This document shows, piece after piece, positions 36,525-55,023 of a stretch of DNA of 64,000 nucleotides (its first letter is position 1; each line of letters opens with the position of its first letter). Both the position numbers and the translations under genes were made by a program. Source of the stretch: Vitrella brassicaformis CCMP3155 (lineage: Eukaryota; Protista; Chromerida); assembly GCA_001179505.1 (NCBI GenBank), contig CDMY01000929.1, positions 175,842 through 239,841 on the forward strand, read 5' to 3'. Below the pieces are notes generated by a model. That model did not search any database and was not told the DNA's origin. It worked only from the letters and a program-made list of their open reading frames with translations.

Positions 36525-39036
36525 TTATGCAGCCGTCATGTCGGCATCGGGGGCGCCCGCAGCGGCAGCACCTGGCTGCTCGACGTCACCACCAGCAGGA
36601 GCATCCCCCTCGCCGCCCTCGGCCTTGGCGGCAGCCGCTGCTGCTGGCGCACCATCCTCTGACAACAGCACCGCGCACAGAGGGACAGAGCAATGAATGC
36701 ATGACACGTTGCGTGAGGCCGTTCGTTTCCTTTCCCACCGGTAGTGTTGCCGGTGACGGTCCTAGCACGCTTGGCCTCGGGCTCCTCGGTGCCCTCACCC
36801 TCACCCTCACCCTCCTCCCCTCCCTCCTTCTTGGCGGCTGCCTCGGCCGCCCCGGCCTTGGCCTCATCCGCTTGCTCCTCCTCCTCGCCGCCCTCATCCT
36901 TCATCTCCTCGTCCTTGGCACCGCCACCACCACCACCACCAGCGGCAGCGGCGGGCTCGGCTTCCTCGTCCTCGTCCGTGCGCTCCTGATAGCGACATCC
37001 ATGGACACACAGACAAATGGGCGATGGGGTGGTGGTCGTGGTCGTGTTTGTTGTGTTACGTTTTCGTCTTCCTCCCCCTCGTCCTCATCGTCTTCGTCGC
37101 CCTCGCCCTTCTTGCCCTTCTTGGACGAGGAACCGCCGCCAGTGCCTGACAAACATGACAGGACACGACACACACAAATGAACACGCGTGTGTGGTTGTG
37201 CGTTGTCGGACGGTCTGTCGGCCCACTGACTCTGCTTCCAGGCAGCGAGCAGCTCCTCAGCCTTGTCCTTGTACGGCTGACAGCCACAGAACACACACAC
37301 AGGACACGGTGCGGTGCACCATGTGAGCGTCCATCCATGTGAGCGTCCATCCTCTCCCCGTCCGTCCGAAGTCACCTTCTTTTCGTCATCGTCCATGTCG
37401 TTCCACTCCTCCCCGAGCCGTTTGTTGATTTCCTTGGGTGCGGCATCGACGCCCTCGGCCTCCATCTCCTGCTTCACGGCCGCGCGACGCTCGTTGCAGA
37501 ACAGGATGAACTTGCCGGGCGGGCGCTTCACACCACTGCCGCCCTTCTGATATCATTGGAGAGAGAAGACGACACACGCACACGAGTGGAGTGGATATCA
37601 GATCTGTGTTCGGGGTGGGTGTGGTTTACCTACCGATTTGGCTGACGATGCCTTGGACGAGGTCTTGCCGCTCTTCTTGCTAGACTGCACACACAAAGAC
37701 ACAAGACACCACCCAAGCAGCTGTACACAGCACAGGTGGCCCCTCCCTCCCTGACTGACCTTTTTGCCCCCGGTGCTGTGGAGTTTCTTTCCGGCGAAGT
37801 CCCCCTTGGGGCACGACAGAAACTCAGCCAACTCACTCGACAACTCATCTGCACAAAAGGATGATGATTTCGTCAGGTTTGTTGTGTCGGCGTGTTGTTT
37901 GTCGCTCCGTTCCCTCCCCCACCCTTACCCTTGGTGCCCGAGTGTGTGAGGCCCACGATGGTGCAGATGTCCTGCAGCTGCTTCACCGTGGCCGTCTTCA
38001 AACGCCGCTCCAAATCCTCTTGGGTCTGACAGACAGACGGGCGGATTGACATCACCACACACACACAACGACAAGATGCATTGCATGCATTGCCACCGTT
38101 TCGTGACCGGGCTGGTTTACCGCTGTGCCCTTCTCGCCACTGATGCCCGTCCACTTGCTGATCTCAGGCTTGCGAGTGGTCTTGGTACCGTCCGTCTGCA
38201 CACACGCAGGCACAGAGAAACACGCACACAAATGGATGTCCGCCCTGCCCTGCCTTGGTCGGTAGGTGAAGTGTGTGGTGTCACGTCATACATTGTAGAG
38301 GCAGCGGTGGAACTTCTTGATGTTCTCGTCAGCGATGTGCTTCCACGCCTTCGGGTCCATCAGACTGCCCAGCTTCTCGCCCTTGCCCTGATACACACCG
38401 TCCGTCCACCCACATCGTCCACCCATCACACCACATACAGGCAGCAAGTAAGGCCGTCTGTAGGTACTACACCCCTCCCGCCACCGATTCCGTCCGTCAC
38501 CTACCTTGGGTATGAGGTGTCCCTTCTTCTCCTTGGGCTCCTCATCCTCATGAAGGCCACGGGCGACCTGTGCAGACTGATAAGTAACATACACACATAA
38601 ACAAGCACACACACAGGAGAGATTAATCAGATCATAGCGTGGCACCACCCACCCCTCCACCCACCCCACCTACTTACCGGTTTGTAGAACCCCTCAGCTT
38701 TTTCCTTGCCTCGTCGCGGCCGGTCGCCCTTGTCAGCCACAGCCGCAGCTGCCGCACTGCTGGCTCCGGCGCCCTCTGCCGCCTTGCGCTTCTTCTCGCC
38801 CGCCGATTTCTTGTCCTCCGTCCCGTTCACCATGGCTGCAGGAGCCTCAACCGACGATGTCTCGGCCGCCTTGGCCTGCAGACAAAGTGAGGATGAAAGC
38901 AGAGGGGGGTGAGGGAGCCGCCTGTGAGGCAGATCTGTGCCTCCCTGGCTGAGCCACGAGTGAAGATCGCTATCATTCAAGCTCTTGCACTGGCTTTGCT
39001 CACCTCCGTCTGTTTGGCCTCGTCGGCGCCCTCCAT
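36525..39036 (-). CDS. DEK-like chromatin protein (pseudo-SAP/SAP) fused to an HMG box and an acidic tail
   Basis: GKGEKLG...DENIKKFHRCLYN...TVKQLQDICTIVGLTHSGTK...LAEFLSCPK (DEK core); KRPPGKFILFCNERRAAVK...EINKRLGEEWNDMDDDEKK|PYKDKAEE (HMG box). Confidence 0.82.
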
Positions 39037-39378
39037 CTCAACACGCTACCGCTAGATGGATGGGGATGCACGTGCGGGCTGTGTCCGTCCTATCCTAGGT
39101 ACCTGCAAGGCCGGTGGACACTCAGATGACCGCCGACACACAGGTTGATGCCGCCAACTCAAGAGAAGCACAGCCACAGCTACTGCGATACTCCGAAGTC
39201 GTACTCTCTGCGTCGTTTCGCCTCCCGAAATCACTCTTCGCCAATGCGAGCTTTTGCGAGCTTATAACTGGCTGAGTGGGAGAGAAGGAGAGTTTGGATC
39301 CCTGAAAGATCTGCAGCCTTAACCGACACGTGTCGTCTCTCCCTTTCCTGTCGAACGAGAGCGAGCGTATCTCGCTTG

Positions 39379-43540
<4,162 letters not shown>

Positions 43541-45034
43541 ACAGACAGACAGACACAGACACCCTACACACACTGACTGACTGACTCACCAACTCAACTG
43601 GGCTCTTCCATGTCAAATCTCGCTATCTTCTCCTTTCCCCGTGGCCGTCTGTATGTATTGTGTGTGGGTTTTGTTCATCGTGGCCTTTCAAGGAAACACA
43701 CACCTGCCTCTCGTGAGTGAGTGATGGACCGACCAGTCAATTCTCTTTCCTCCCCCCATGTCTGTCTATCTATCCACTGCGTCTGTGTGTGAATGCCTCG
43801 GCGGCCGTGCGTGTGGTTCACTCACAGTGAGTGACGTGAGCGGTCAGCTGGTGACAGCTTTCACTTGCTGACCGCTCTCGCTTCCCCCTGGGTGACCCAC
43901 ACTCCCGCCTGGCCTGCAGGTGCGTGCAGTTTTGGTAGGGTTTTTCCGTGCTCGTCCTTGTACTCTTGCGTTGCGCGTGGGGCTGGGTGAGTGAAGGGAT
44001 GGGTGGAGGGAGGGATGCATGTGGAGTTTTGTCCATGTGTGTCGTGGGTGGGTGTGGGTGCGGTCGAGACCAGGCGAGACAGGACACCCACCAGCCAGCC
44101 ACCCTTCCCTCCCCCATGATCACATACATCCATACAGACGTAAGCAACGTAGATGCATTGGTGCGATGCAATTGTGGGGCGGGCGCGGCGTGCGTGCTGT
44201 GTGATGCCGCCCCCCGTGTGTGTGATCGCTCGCTCCGCCCGCCCCACTTTTTGAACAGGTAGGTAGCGCTGCCCGCCCCAGGTGTGCTGCGCCACCCCTC
44301 TACTGACTCTCTGACTCAGGAAAGGTGAAGGATGTCTTCTCTGCGCAGGTTGTGTCGTGTTGTGTTGCCCATTCACTTGCCGGCCAATAGACAGACAGAC
44401 CGATGGACAGGGGCGTGTTCAGGCACGCCAGCGAATGCAAGACAGGTGCTCTGTATGTCTGTGTATGCGATGCGATGCGATGCCTGCGGTTTTAGAGAGA
44501 GATAGCTGCTTGCCTTCCTGTCTGGCTGGTCCGTCGGGTCGGTCGGCGCGGGCTCTGCGGCCCCGACCTCACAAAGTGATCAAGTAGAGATGGCTGGCAG
44601 GCGGGCAGGGACGCAGGCAGGGAGATAGACAGACAGCAGGTGGGCTGTGTTTTGTCGCTGGCTAGCTGCTGTCGTCGAATGAAAGCAGGCAAGACGGTGG
44701 TGGGATTTTGCATCCGGTGCACATACAAAACGGGCATGCATACTTGCGTGCGTGCGTGCGTACTCATTGAATTGAGTGAGACCTCTCTGATATAATACCA
44801 TACCGATCGATCAATGAGTGACAAATGGCTGTCTGCCTGGCTGGCTGGCTGGCACATCAATTTTCGGCACAGGGGAGACCGGTAGGTAGGTAGATGCGTA
44901 CACCGATACATACCATACCATACACAGAGAGGAGAGGAGACGAGAGGAGAGCTGTCATTTAATGTGTGTCCGTGTGTGTGGGTGTGTATGTGTGTGTGTA
45001 TGTGCCCGGGGAAAGCACTGCTGAGAGGAGAGCT

Positions 45035-45067
<33 letters not shown>

Positions 45068-45939
45068 GACACACACATGGCCGTGTTTTGTCATCAGCAT
45101 GATGATCCATCCATCCACCATCTATCTATCTATCTCTGCTTCCTTCCTTCTTTCCTTTTTGTCACTTTGCTGCGTGGCCCTGCAGCGCCCCACCTCACAC
45201 AATGACATTCATTGATGCGTTGCGTACATACTTACGTAATGTTCACAGGTAGGTAGGTAGGCAGGTGTGCCTGCCTCTCAGGCTGGCTGGCTGTCCGTCG
45301 GGAGGCGGGAGGCGGGGGCGGGCTTTTGTTAAAAACAGGCCGGCTCACTGTGTCACTGTGTCTGTCGGGTCATTCATGTTCATTGGTTCATGTCCCCAAT
45401 TGCATACTTACCATGCCATTCCATTCCATGGATACACATACCATACTGTCGACGGCCGGCCGCCATCTGCTCGTTTTGAAGGGCTGACCGGCTGGCTGCT
45501 GGCCATCCTGCTCGCTCCCTCCCACCTCTCCTCTCACCTCACCTCCCTCCCTCCCTCCCTCCCTCCAGATGATTGTTTGTCTGTTCTTGGCGGGAGCCTC
45601 TGTCTGCCTCTCTTTCTCTATCTCTTTCACGCCGACTCTGTGACCACTCACTGACAATCGAATAGTCTGCGTGCGAGAGCGAGGGGCGCGCTATGTTCCG
45701 CCGTCAATGAATGAACACGGGAGGCGGGCGGCGAGGGGGAGAGGGAGAGAGGGATCTGTATTCGCGGCCTGTTTTCCCCATACGGTGCCATGCGTTGTTT
45801 CCCATTGTTTGCCATTGTTTTGTTGAAAGGACTCGCCCGTAAAAGGACTCGGCTTTTCAAGGAAATCTGTATCATTCGTTTTGCATGTCTGTGTGTGTGT
45901 GTGTGTGTGTGTGAATGCAGCAAGGGGGAGGTTTGGGGG

Positions 45940-46239
45940 NNNNNNNNNNNNNNNNNNNNNNNNNNNNNNNNNNNNNNNNNNNNNNNNNNNNNNNNNNNNN
46001 NNNNNNNNNNNNNNNNNNNNNNNNNNNNNNNNNNNNNNNNNNNNNNNNNNNNNNNNNNNNNNNNNNNNNNNNNNNNNNNNNNNNNNNNNNNNNNNNNNNN
46101 NNNNNNNNNNNNNNNNNNNNNNNNNNNNNNNNNNNNNNNNNNNNNNNNNNNNNNNNNNNNNNNNNNNNNNNNNNNNNNNNNNNNNNNNNNNNNNNNNNNN
46201 NNNNNNNNNNNNNNNNNNNNNNNNNNNNNNNNNNNNNNN
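45940..46239. other. Assembly gap (300 N) bordered by G-runs on both sides
   Basis: ggggg before and gggggggg after the Ns. Confidence 0.95.
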
Positions 46240-46423
46240 GGGGGGGAGAGTTTCTGCGTATAGCAAACGCACACACGCACTTACGGGCTGCCCCAAAAGC
46301 TCGTTCCTGGCGTGTCGCGTCATATCAGTGCACTGCATGACTGTGTGTGTGGGCGGGCAGGTTGGCTGGCGATTTCTATCTGTCCCTCTGACTGACGTGT
46401 CCACTGTTTTCTACCTCCTTGCC

Positions 46424-46454
<31 letters not shown>

Positions 46455-48726
46455 TGTATGTGCGTGTCGAGTGAGTCAGGTGAGTGCCTCAAAAAGTGGC
46501 GGGCACGGCAGTGGGTCAGTCAGGCAGGAGGGCGACAGTCAGTAATGATAACGGTCAAGACGCGAGAGCGACGAATTAGCTGGGAACGATGTGTCCCTTT
46601 CCTGCCTGCCTGCCTGCCTACATTGATCAACCTTTCTTATACCTAACGCTGCCTGCTACTTATGCATAGATAGAGACAGACATATACTCAATTACTGCCT
46701 GCCTGCCTGCCTGCGGTCGGTCAGCACGCTTACCTCACGAGGGGAGGGACAGAGCGTCCTAAGCCTGCTCGCTCTGTACTGCGCCGCCTCTGTCTGTCTT
46801 TTGTGATGGTTTGTCCCCTACGTATGACTGACTACACATCCATCCATCCATCCCTCCGTCCGTCGATCGTCTTGCATCGCATCGCCATGCTCATCCATCC
46901 CTTGATTGTGGCCTCGCATCCCCACCTGACGAGGAGGGTGGCTGACATGACAATACCCATTCTCGGGACAGACTGCCGGATTGATGGACTGGCTGCTGCG
47001 TGGCGTTACGTGAAGACCTGACTGTCTTGTCTGTCTGTGAGTCGGGGCGATGAGATGAAGTGCGATGAAGTGAGAGAAGCTGGCTGCTGTTGTATGTATC
47101 TATCTACCCGGGCGGGCAACGGGTGGGTAACAGGTGGGTGGGCGGGCTGGTGTGCTGTGCTGTGCCGTGCCTGGCTGACCTGACTTGAGACACACTGGTG
47201 GTGGACAGATAGATAGAAGACGTATCCCTGACTGTACAGAGACCGGCCGCATTTCCACCTGCTACAGGCGGGCTTGCTGACCGACCCAAGTACACACGCG
47301 ATGCGATAGATGGGGTGGCGGGGGTGTGATGGGCCAGGCCACTGGCTGGGCTGGCTGATCCAGAGAGGCTGCATTTTCCCTCCTGTGAGCCGCCTTGCGT
47401 GCTGTCGGCTCTCCGGCGCGCGGGCGGGAAGAGGGGACGACGGGCGGGATGCCTGTCTGTCTGTCTCCTCTTAAGTCTGGGGGGCAATGGAATGATGATT
47501 CCCACGTCTGTCGGTCGGTTGCTTTGTCCGATCTGGGAAACGACACGCGCCTCGCCTGGCCTGGATCGGACCAATGAATGAGTGTATCAGTCAGTCAGTC
47601 AGGTCAGTCAGTTACCTGCATAGCTCTTGCCTCGCCTTTTGCTAGCCTAGCTTGGCTGCCGTGCCCCTCCGTCTCTCTCACTCATTCACTCATACACATA
47701 GATCAAATTGGCCCGTCGCGCCCTTCTGAGGCGCCCCGTACTGCTGGCTGATGTGTGTGAGAGGCTTGAACGGACACGCGCTCATAGACTGACTGGGCTG
47801 CGTGTGATGTGAGAGTGAGAGAGTGAGCAACGAACGGGACAGATAGATGTGTCGCGTGTGTACTGTACAGCGGTCAGACAGGACAGACAACACAAACAGA
47901 CAGGGGCGCTTTCCGGCGCTCCTCGTGCCGGTCTCTATCTGTGTATGAGTGTGAGTGTGAGTGTGTGTCCACCACCCAGCCATTGATTGATTGCATGATA
48001 TGCGTCTGTGGGCTCGCTCCCCCTTTTCCGCCCGCCCACCTTGTGCTGTGCATGACCAGGGACTGCAACAAACGCGACGGATGCCACGGACGGTTGCCTG
48101 CCCGCCCGCCTGATTGTGTGCGTGCAAGCCGTGCTGACTGATGCTTCATATCTGAAGTGGAGCTATTTGTACTCGCTGCCGTGCCGTGCAGGTGCATGTG
48201 TGTGTGTGGACTCATTCATGGCCCCCCATCTTTGCCTGCCTGCCTGCCTGCCTGTGACCGATTGTACCAAGTTGTTCATGCTGTCAGTGTTGAATGAAAC
48301 CAAACCCTTCTTCCGCAGTGATCCATACACACATTCAGGAGTGCGTACGCATTTGGGAAATTCTCTCTGTGCAGCCTCCCTGTGTATCTTTCGGCCGTTT
48401 CTGTAGAGGTAATCCGATGCTGCGGTGTTGTGACAGCACTAGATGACCTCTACAACATCGAGACACAGAAGGAGACGCAGAGCAAACAGCCCATCACAAG
48501 CCCAACAAGCTCCATTCAGTCTGTCTGTCACTATTGAGCATTACTCGTCCGTCGCTCAGGCGGAGAGGTAAGTCAGTCAGTCAGAAGACACTCGAAAAAG
48601 CCCATGCGCTCGCACGGGTTGACCCACTTAACCATCCCACCCATCCCACCCACCGCATATATACATGAGTCAGTCAGTGAGCCACTCCCTCCCCCATCGC
48701 AACCAACGCAGCAGCCGTCCCGTCTG

Positions 48727-49500
48727 TCACAGCTTGTTGTAGTTCAAGAGTATGGGGTAGAGGTGTCGGAAGGCCATGTGCAGCTCCTCCTCAGACCTCG
48801 CGCCGCTCAGCGACACCTTCCCCGACACAAACACCAGCGCCGTGCAGCTGCACGCCTTCTCCCCCCCCTCAACCCTCTCGTCCTTGACCTTGAGCACATC
48901 CCTGAACCGGAACACGCAGCCCGAGAAGAGCTCCGGCTCGTAGCTGCACCGCTCCCGGTGGTCGAAGGCCAGGCCCTCCAGCCGGACGGGGAAGCCGACG
49001 TCTGCCGATGCGATGACGTTCTCGACCTTGAAGTTGGCGAAGACCACGTCGGGGAAGCCCACCTTCTGGATGATGCGGGCCATCCTCTTGCCGCCCAGCT
49101 TGGCGTCCTTCTCCGTCTTGCTGCCCGATATCATCATGCGGCCCGTCCGGAACACCAATGCCGTGCACCGCGGCTCCCGTATCCGCATGACCACTGCGTT
49201 GATCTTCTTGGGGTTGAACTCAGAGTTGCGCGTGGACAGTGCGATGGACTTGAGGTCCAGCTCCCTCCCCAGCTGCACAGACGCTATCAGGTTCTGTACC
49301 CTGGGCTTCATCTCAGGCGGCGGCTCGGCGGAGGGGACCAGGGCGCTCTCTGAGGAATCAATGGCGTCAGCTGCGGCTGCCGAGGCGCCGGATGGGACTG
49401 CGAGGGCGAGGGAGCTCTCCGGTGAGGGCTCCTTCTTGGGAGGGATGGGGAGAGGGATGGGAACGGCAGGAGGCCCATCAGGATCCAGCAGGATGCTCAT
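48727..49500 (-). CDS. TBP: TATA-binding protein, apicomplexan type, intronless
   Basis: VQNLIASVQL...EFNPKKINAVVMRIREPRCTALVFRTG...FKVENVIAS...YEPELFSG...LVFVSGKV...IL. The KIN motif replacing KRF matches my recollection of Plasmodium TBP. Confidence 0.95.
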   Translation of the reverse strand: MSILLDPDGPPAVPIPLPIPPKKEPSPESSLALAVPSGASAAAADAIDSSESALVPSAEPPPEMKPRVQNLIASVQLGRELDLKSIALSTRNSEFNPKKINAVVMRIREPRCTALVFRTGRMMISGSKTEKDAKLGGKRMARIIQKVGFPDVVFANFKVENVIASADVGFPVRLEGLAFDHRERCSYEPELFSGCVFRFRDVLKVKDERVEGGEKACSCTALVFVSGKVSLSGARSEEELHMAFRHLYPILLNYNKL

Positions 49501-49762
49501 GACGTCAAATCAGAATCCGCGGTGTGCTAGTCGCCTTTGTTTTAGTGTTTCGAGGCTGTTTCGTCGCCTCATCTGAAGCATTTCACGGAAGAAGAACCAT
49601 TTCACGCAATGTCCTAGGCCCTCGACCGGAAGCGAGGGCAGGGCTGTCTATTCTCTCCCCGTTAGCTTTATCGTAGTGCTGAAACGCAGCAGCAGCTCGA
49701 CGGAGATACGCAGATCTAAGCGCTGCTGAGGATATCGCTTCACACAGCGTCGACATAGCAGC
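49501..49762. promoter_or_regulatory. Putative bidirectional promoter between TBP and RAN
   Basis: 262 bp between divergent ATGs; AGCTCGA at 49694 and AGATCT at 49712. Confidence 0.6.
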
Positions 49763-51200
<1,438 letters not shown>

Positions 51201-52280
51201 ATGCTGACGGTGGATGGATGGCCATGCATCGTCATCGCTTCCCTAGTCACTGCCTGACTGACCGGCTTTCGCCTGCCCCCCCTCTCTACTCACATAACCT
51301 ACCTACCTACTTACCTACACGTGTGTGTCTGTCTGTGTGCCGTCCCACCACCCACCCCCTCCCCCAGCACCCACCGACCAACTGCCCATCCATCCATCCA
51401 TCCATCCGCTTACATGCCCACACCATCCGGCCGCCCGTCCCTATTCTACGTGTATGCATTCCGTGGGTGGTGATCGATCACGAGATGGTGGGCCACTGTG
51501 CAGTGTGTGACGTTTTAAGCTGTGGGTGGAGTGGAAAAGTGGAGTGGACTGACCGGCCGACGGACCTACCTGCCTACGGGGTGGGGGATGCGATGCGATG
51601 CACAGGCGGACACACGTCTGGCTGTCTGTCTGTCTGTCTGGCTGTCTTGATTTCTGCCTGCCGTTCTTTTTGGCCTGCCTGGCCTGCACGTCTGTGTTTT
51701 TGCACCCATACCCATCCACGGGCCGGGCCGCCTGGGCCGGGCGTGTGTGCGTGTACGGTGGGTGTGGTATGCATACAGCGTGTTTCACCATAGATTGCAA
51801 TGACTGACAGTGCAGTGGCAGTATGATGATTGACGGATGGCTGGCCGGAACAGACACACAGGATGGAGGGATGGGAGGGATGGGACTGCTAGCTAGGGGT
51901 GGGGGCGAGTGTGTGAGCAGACTGTCTGTGTATGCCTTTGTACCTGCCTGCCTGCATGGATGCGTGGATGCCATGACTATCTTGGTTCGTGTAAAGCTCT
52001 ATCTTTACTCACGCATCGCGTGCTCTCTTCCATTGACTGCATCAACCAACGTGACGACACGTCAAAAAGACCAACCAGACCAGCCCCCACTCCCACACCC
52101 CTCCCCAAAGGCACACACGCACGCAAAGCCCACTCACTGAACACAGGCAGACACCCGCACCGCATCCCCCTTTCTGCTTGCACTGCACAGTGTCTTCATT
52201 CAGGAAGTGTATGCTGCACGAATGTCTCTGCCCCGGCCCCTCCCGCATGTCCCTCCCTCCCTCCCCGTTGCTGGAAGCAT

Positions 52281-54925
52281 TTATTGTCTGCCTTTGTCCA
52301 GCATTTCTTCCTTGAGTTTTCGTGTGAGTTCTTGTCGTCTAAGCATCTCTTCGAAGCCCAGCAGCTCCTCGTCCTTCTCATCCTTCTTGTCGCTGTCTGC
52401 CGCCATCTTGAGCAAACTCTCCTGCACCGACTGCAGCTTGGCATCCACGCTCTTGTCTCCCGACTCAGGGCGCTGTGGGGTCTTGCGCTGCTGGTACAGC
52501 ACCAGCTGCTTCTCGCGCTCCTCCTTCTTCTTCGCCAGCAACACATCACGTTGTCTACAAAAAACAGCGCAGAGGTAATAAGTACTGGGTGTCTGTCTCC
52601 TTTTCTTGTGGCTTCTCCCGCTCTCAACACCCACTTACCTTCTGAGGTGCTCCATCCTCTGTGCGAGTTCCTCAGCTGTCGGCTCCTTCCTGTCGCCCGC
52701 GTCACGTCTCGCGTTGAGCCCCAGGGAGGCGAACAGGTCCTTCGGCGCACCCGACGGCTCGCTGCGGTCTACCCCCAAATGCCCGTCGATGTGACTGCAG
52801 TGCAGAAAGAGAAAACCTGTGCACAGAAAAAAGGACTCAGCTCGTCCACGTACCTCTGCATAGCCTCATGAGCTCGCTGACGTCGCTGGTAAGCCTCTTT
52901 AGAACAAAGGATAAGGAGAGGAGAGAGAGACACGGAAAATGATAGACATTGGTCGGTCGATCGATGCCTCTTTCCTTACCTCCTTGCAACATGGCGATTT
53001 CATGTGGCGTCAGCTTCGGCAACACAATCCCCTCCATCCCATGACCCCCAGCCCCCTTCAAAGGCGGCAGCGACGGCTCAGCAGCGCTCGACGACAACGG
53101 CTCATCGGGCGCAGATGAGGGCGTCAGCGGACGGGGGCTCTTCTTGCGCTTTTCTTTCTGCAATCAACCAGAATCATAAATATATAACGATGTCGACAGA
53201 CACGCAGGAGCCCAACCCACCCACTTTTGTCTTTGGTGGCTTGAGCTCATTGTCCTCTCCCAGAGGCACGGGAGGGAAGGAGGCGTCGACAAATGTGTCG
53301 GGCACCGCGGCTCGTGCAGAGACAGCAGCAGCAGCGGCAGCGGCAGCGGCAGCAGGAGGAGGAGAGGCAGGTGCATCGCCGGCCTCCTCCTGCTGCTGTT
53401 GCTGTGCCGCTTTGCGCTCCTCTCTCAGTATTCTCTCCTCCTGACAGACAAGAGAAAGTTGTATGTTCGTTCCGCTATGTATCTTCATGTCTCGCTATGT
53501 GTGACCTCGTCTCTGATGGATTCCTCCAGTGCCCGCTGCAATTCGTCATCCTCATCGTCGTCATCATCGTACTCACCAGAGTCGTCGTCTGGAATAGCCA
53601 GCAAACACAGGCGGAAGAGAGGGAGGGTGGAGATGGAGGAGCTCCCTTGTGTGTGTTGGTCAGCTTCTCACGGTGGTCCTTCTCGTACAGCTCGCGCGAA
53701 AGCCTCAGTGCCTCCTGCAGTTCTCTCTCCTCGTCCTCCTACACAACATGGGTACGTACGTATGTGTGTATGTGTGTCTGGATATGTCCTCAACTAGCTG
53801 GCTTACATAGTAGTGCCATTCGTCCTCGACGGCCTCGCCCTTGACATCCTCTCCTTTCCCCTTCCCAGGCTTCTCAGGGGCATCGGAGGGCCCCGGAGTA
53901 TCGTAGCCCTCACCCAACGCATACTCACGGCGCAACATGCTACACGCAAGTCAGCAGCGAGAACGTGATGCATGTTCAGTGGATGCGGGCTGTGTGTCTC
54001 CCTCACTCGAGTGCCTGGCACTCCAGCTCCATGTTACGGCGAACCATCATGGCCTTGAAACCTGAATGAGCCCAGACCAGACAACACGAGGCCCCGGCTC
54101 CTGTCTGTGTCTCATCGCCTGTTGGCCGGCTTACACAGGAAGTCATCAATGGACAGCAGCTGCTCGACCAGCAGCTGATGCAGCCTGTAGTGGCGATAGT
54201 TGCGAATCAGCTCGGGATTGTCATCGGGCGACGGAGGGGCCAGCGGTGCGGACCTCCGCTGTGTGAACTCGGCGTGGGCGGCCATCATCTTGGCGCACAC
54301 CTTCTCAAACTGCTCGGCTGTGATGCCAACCTCGCCTGCAAGAGACACACCCACACGTGGGGCTCACACACGCATGTGTGTATGCAGGCCACAAGAAGAG
54401 ATGACAGACAGTACCCATGAGATGGTTGGTCAGCAGCGTGTCCACCAGGTTCTGAAAGTCCTGTAGCAAGAAAAACGCAATGACGTTCATACAGCGTCCT
54501 TCCCCTGCTGTTTCCCTCTGACGCACCTGGTGGCACTGCGTGTAAGTGAATTTGTTCTCCTCCTCATTGTCAAAAATGATGCATTGCTGAACACACGCAA
54601 CATCAGTCCAGCCATCGACTGCATACAGGCCCCAAGTGACCCTCCTGACCTCATCGATGAAGTTCTGCAGCGGGATGATCCACTCGGGGGACTTCAAAAA
54701 CTCGACGATGTAATCAGCGACCCAGTCCAGCTCCTCCGCCTCTCCACCCTTCTCCTGGCCTCGTCTTGGATGCCGGGGAGGCGCCGCGGATGCCGGCACG
54801 AGGTGTCCGGGAGCAGGGTGTCTTGGACCGGTGCTCTGGGGTGGAGGAGGTGCTGACGGTGCATTGTCTGAAGTTGGAGTGGCGGCACGGTTGCCGCCAC
54901 GGCCTCGGAAGAAGTTGAATCGCAT
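52281..54925 (-). CDS. CFAP36: CFAP36 (CCDC104)-like BART/ARL2-binding-domain ciliary protein
   Basis: DWVADYIVEFLKSPEWIIPLQNFIDE|QCIIFDNEEENKFTYT...SIDDFL|CFKAMMVRRNMELE; UIM-like ELQEALRLS and ELQRALEES; C-terminal RMEHLRRQRDVLLAKKKEER. Confidence 0.85.
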
Positions 54926-55023
54926 CTTCGCATGCGAGACTGGCCTTCCCCCACTTGCCCCACGCCACAGCTCGCGAGACTCGAGCTCTTCGAATGGAAG
55001 GCGCTTATCCCCTGACCCGCAAC
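54926..55023. promoter_or_regulatory. Putative bidirectional promoter between CFAP36 and the CFAP97-like gene
   Basis: 98 bp between divergent ATGs; AGCTCGCGAGA at 54969-54979. Confidence 0.6.

Noticed and set aside
43818-48406. Numerous 60-240 aa ORFs in the non-coding island and across the N gaps
   Set aside because: They are microsatellite translations (HTHT, CVCV, TDRQ) or run through Ns, and many start at GTG/TTG.
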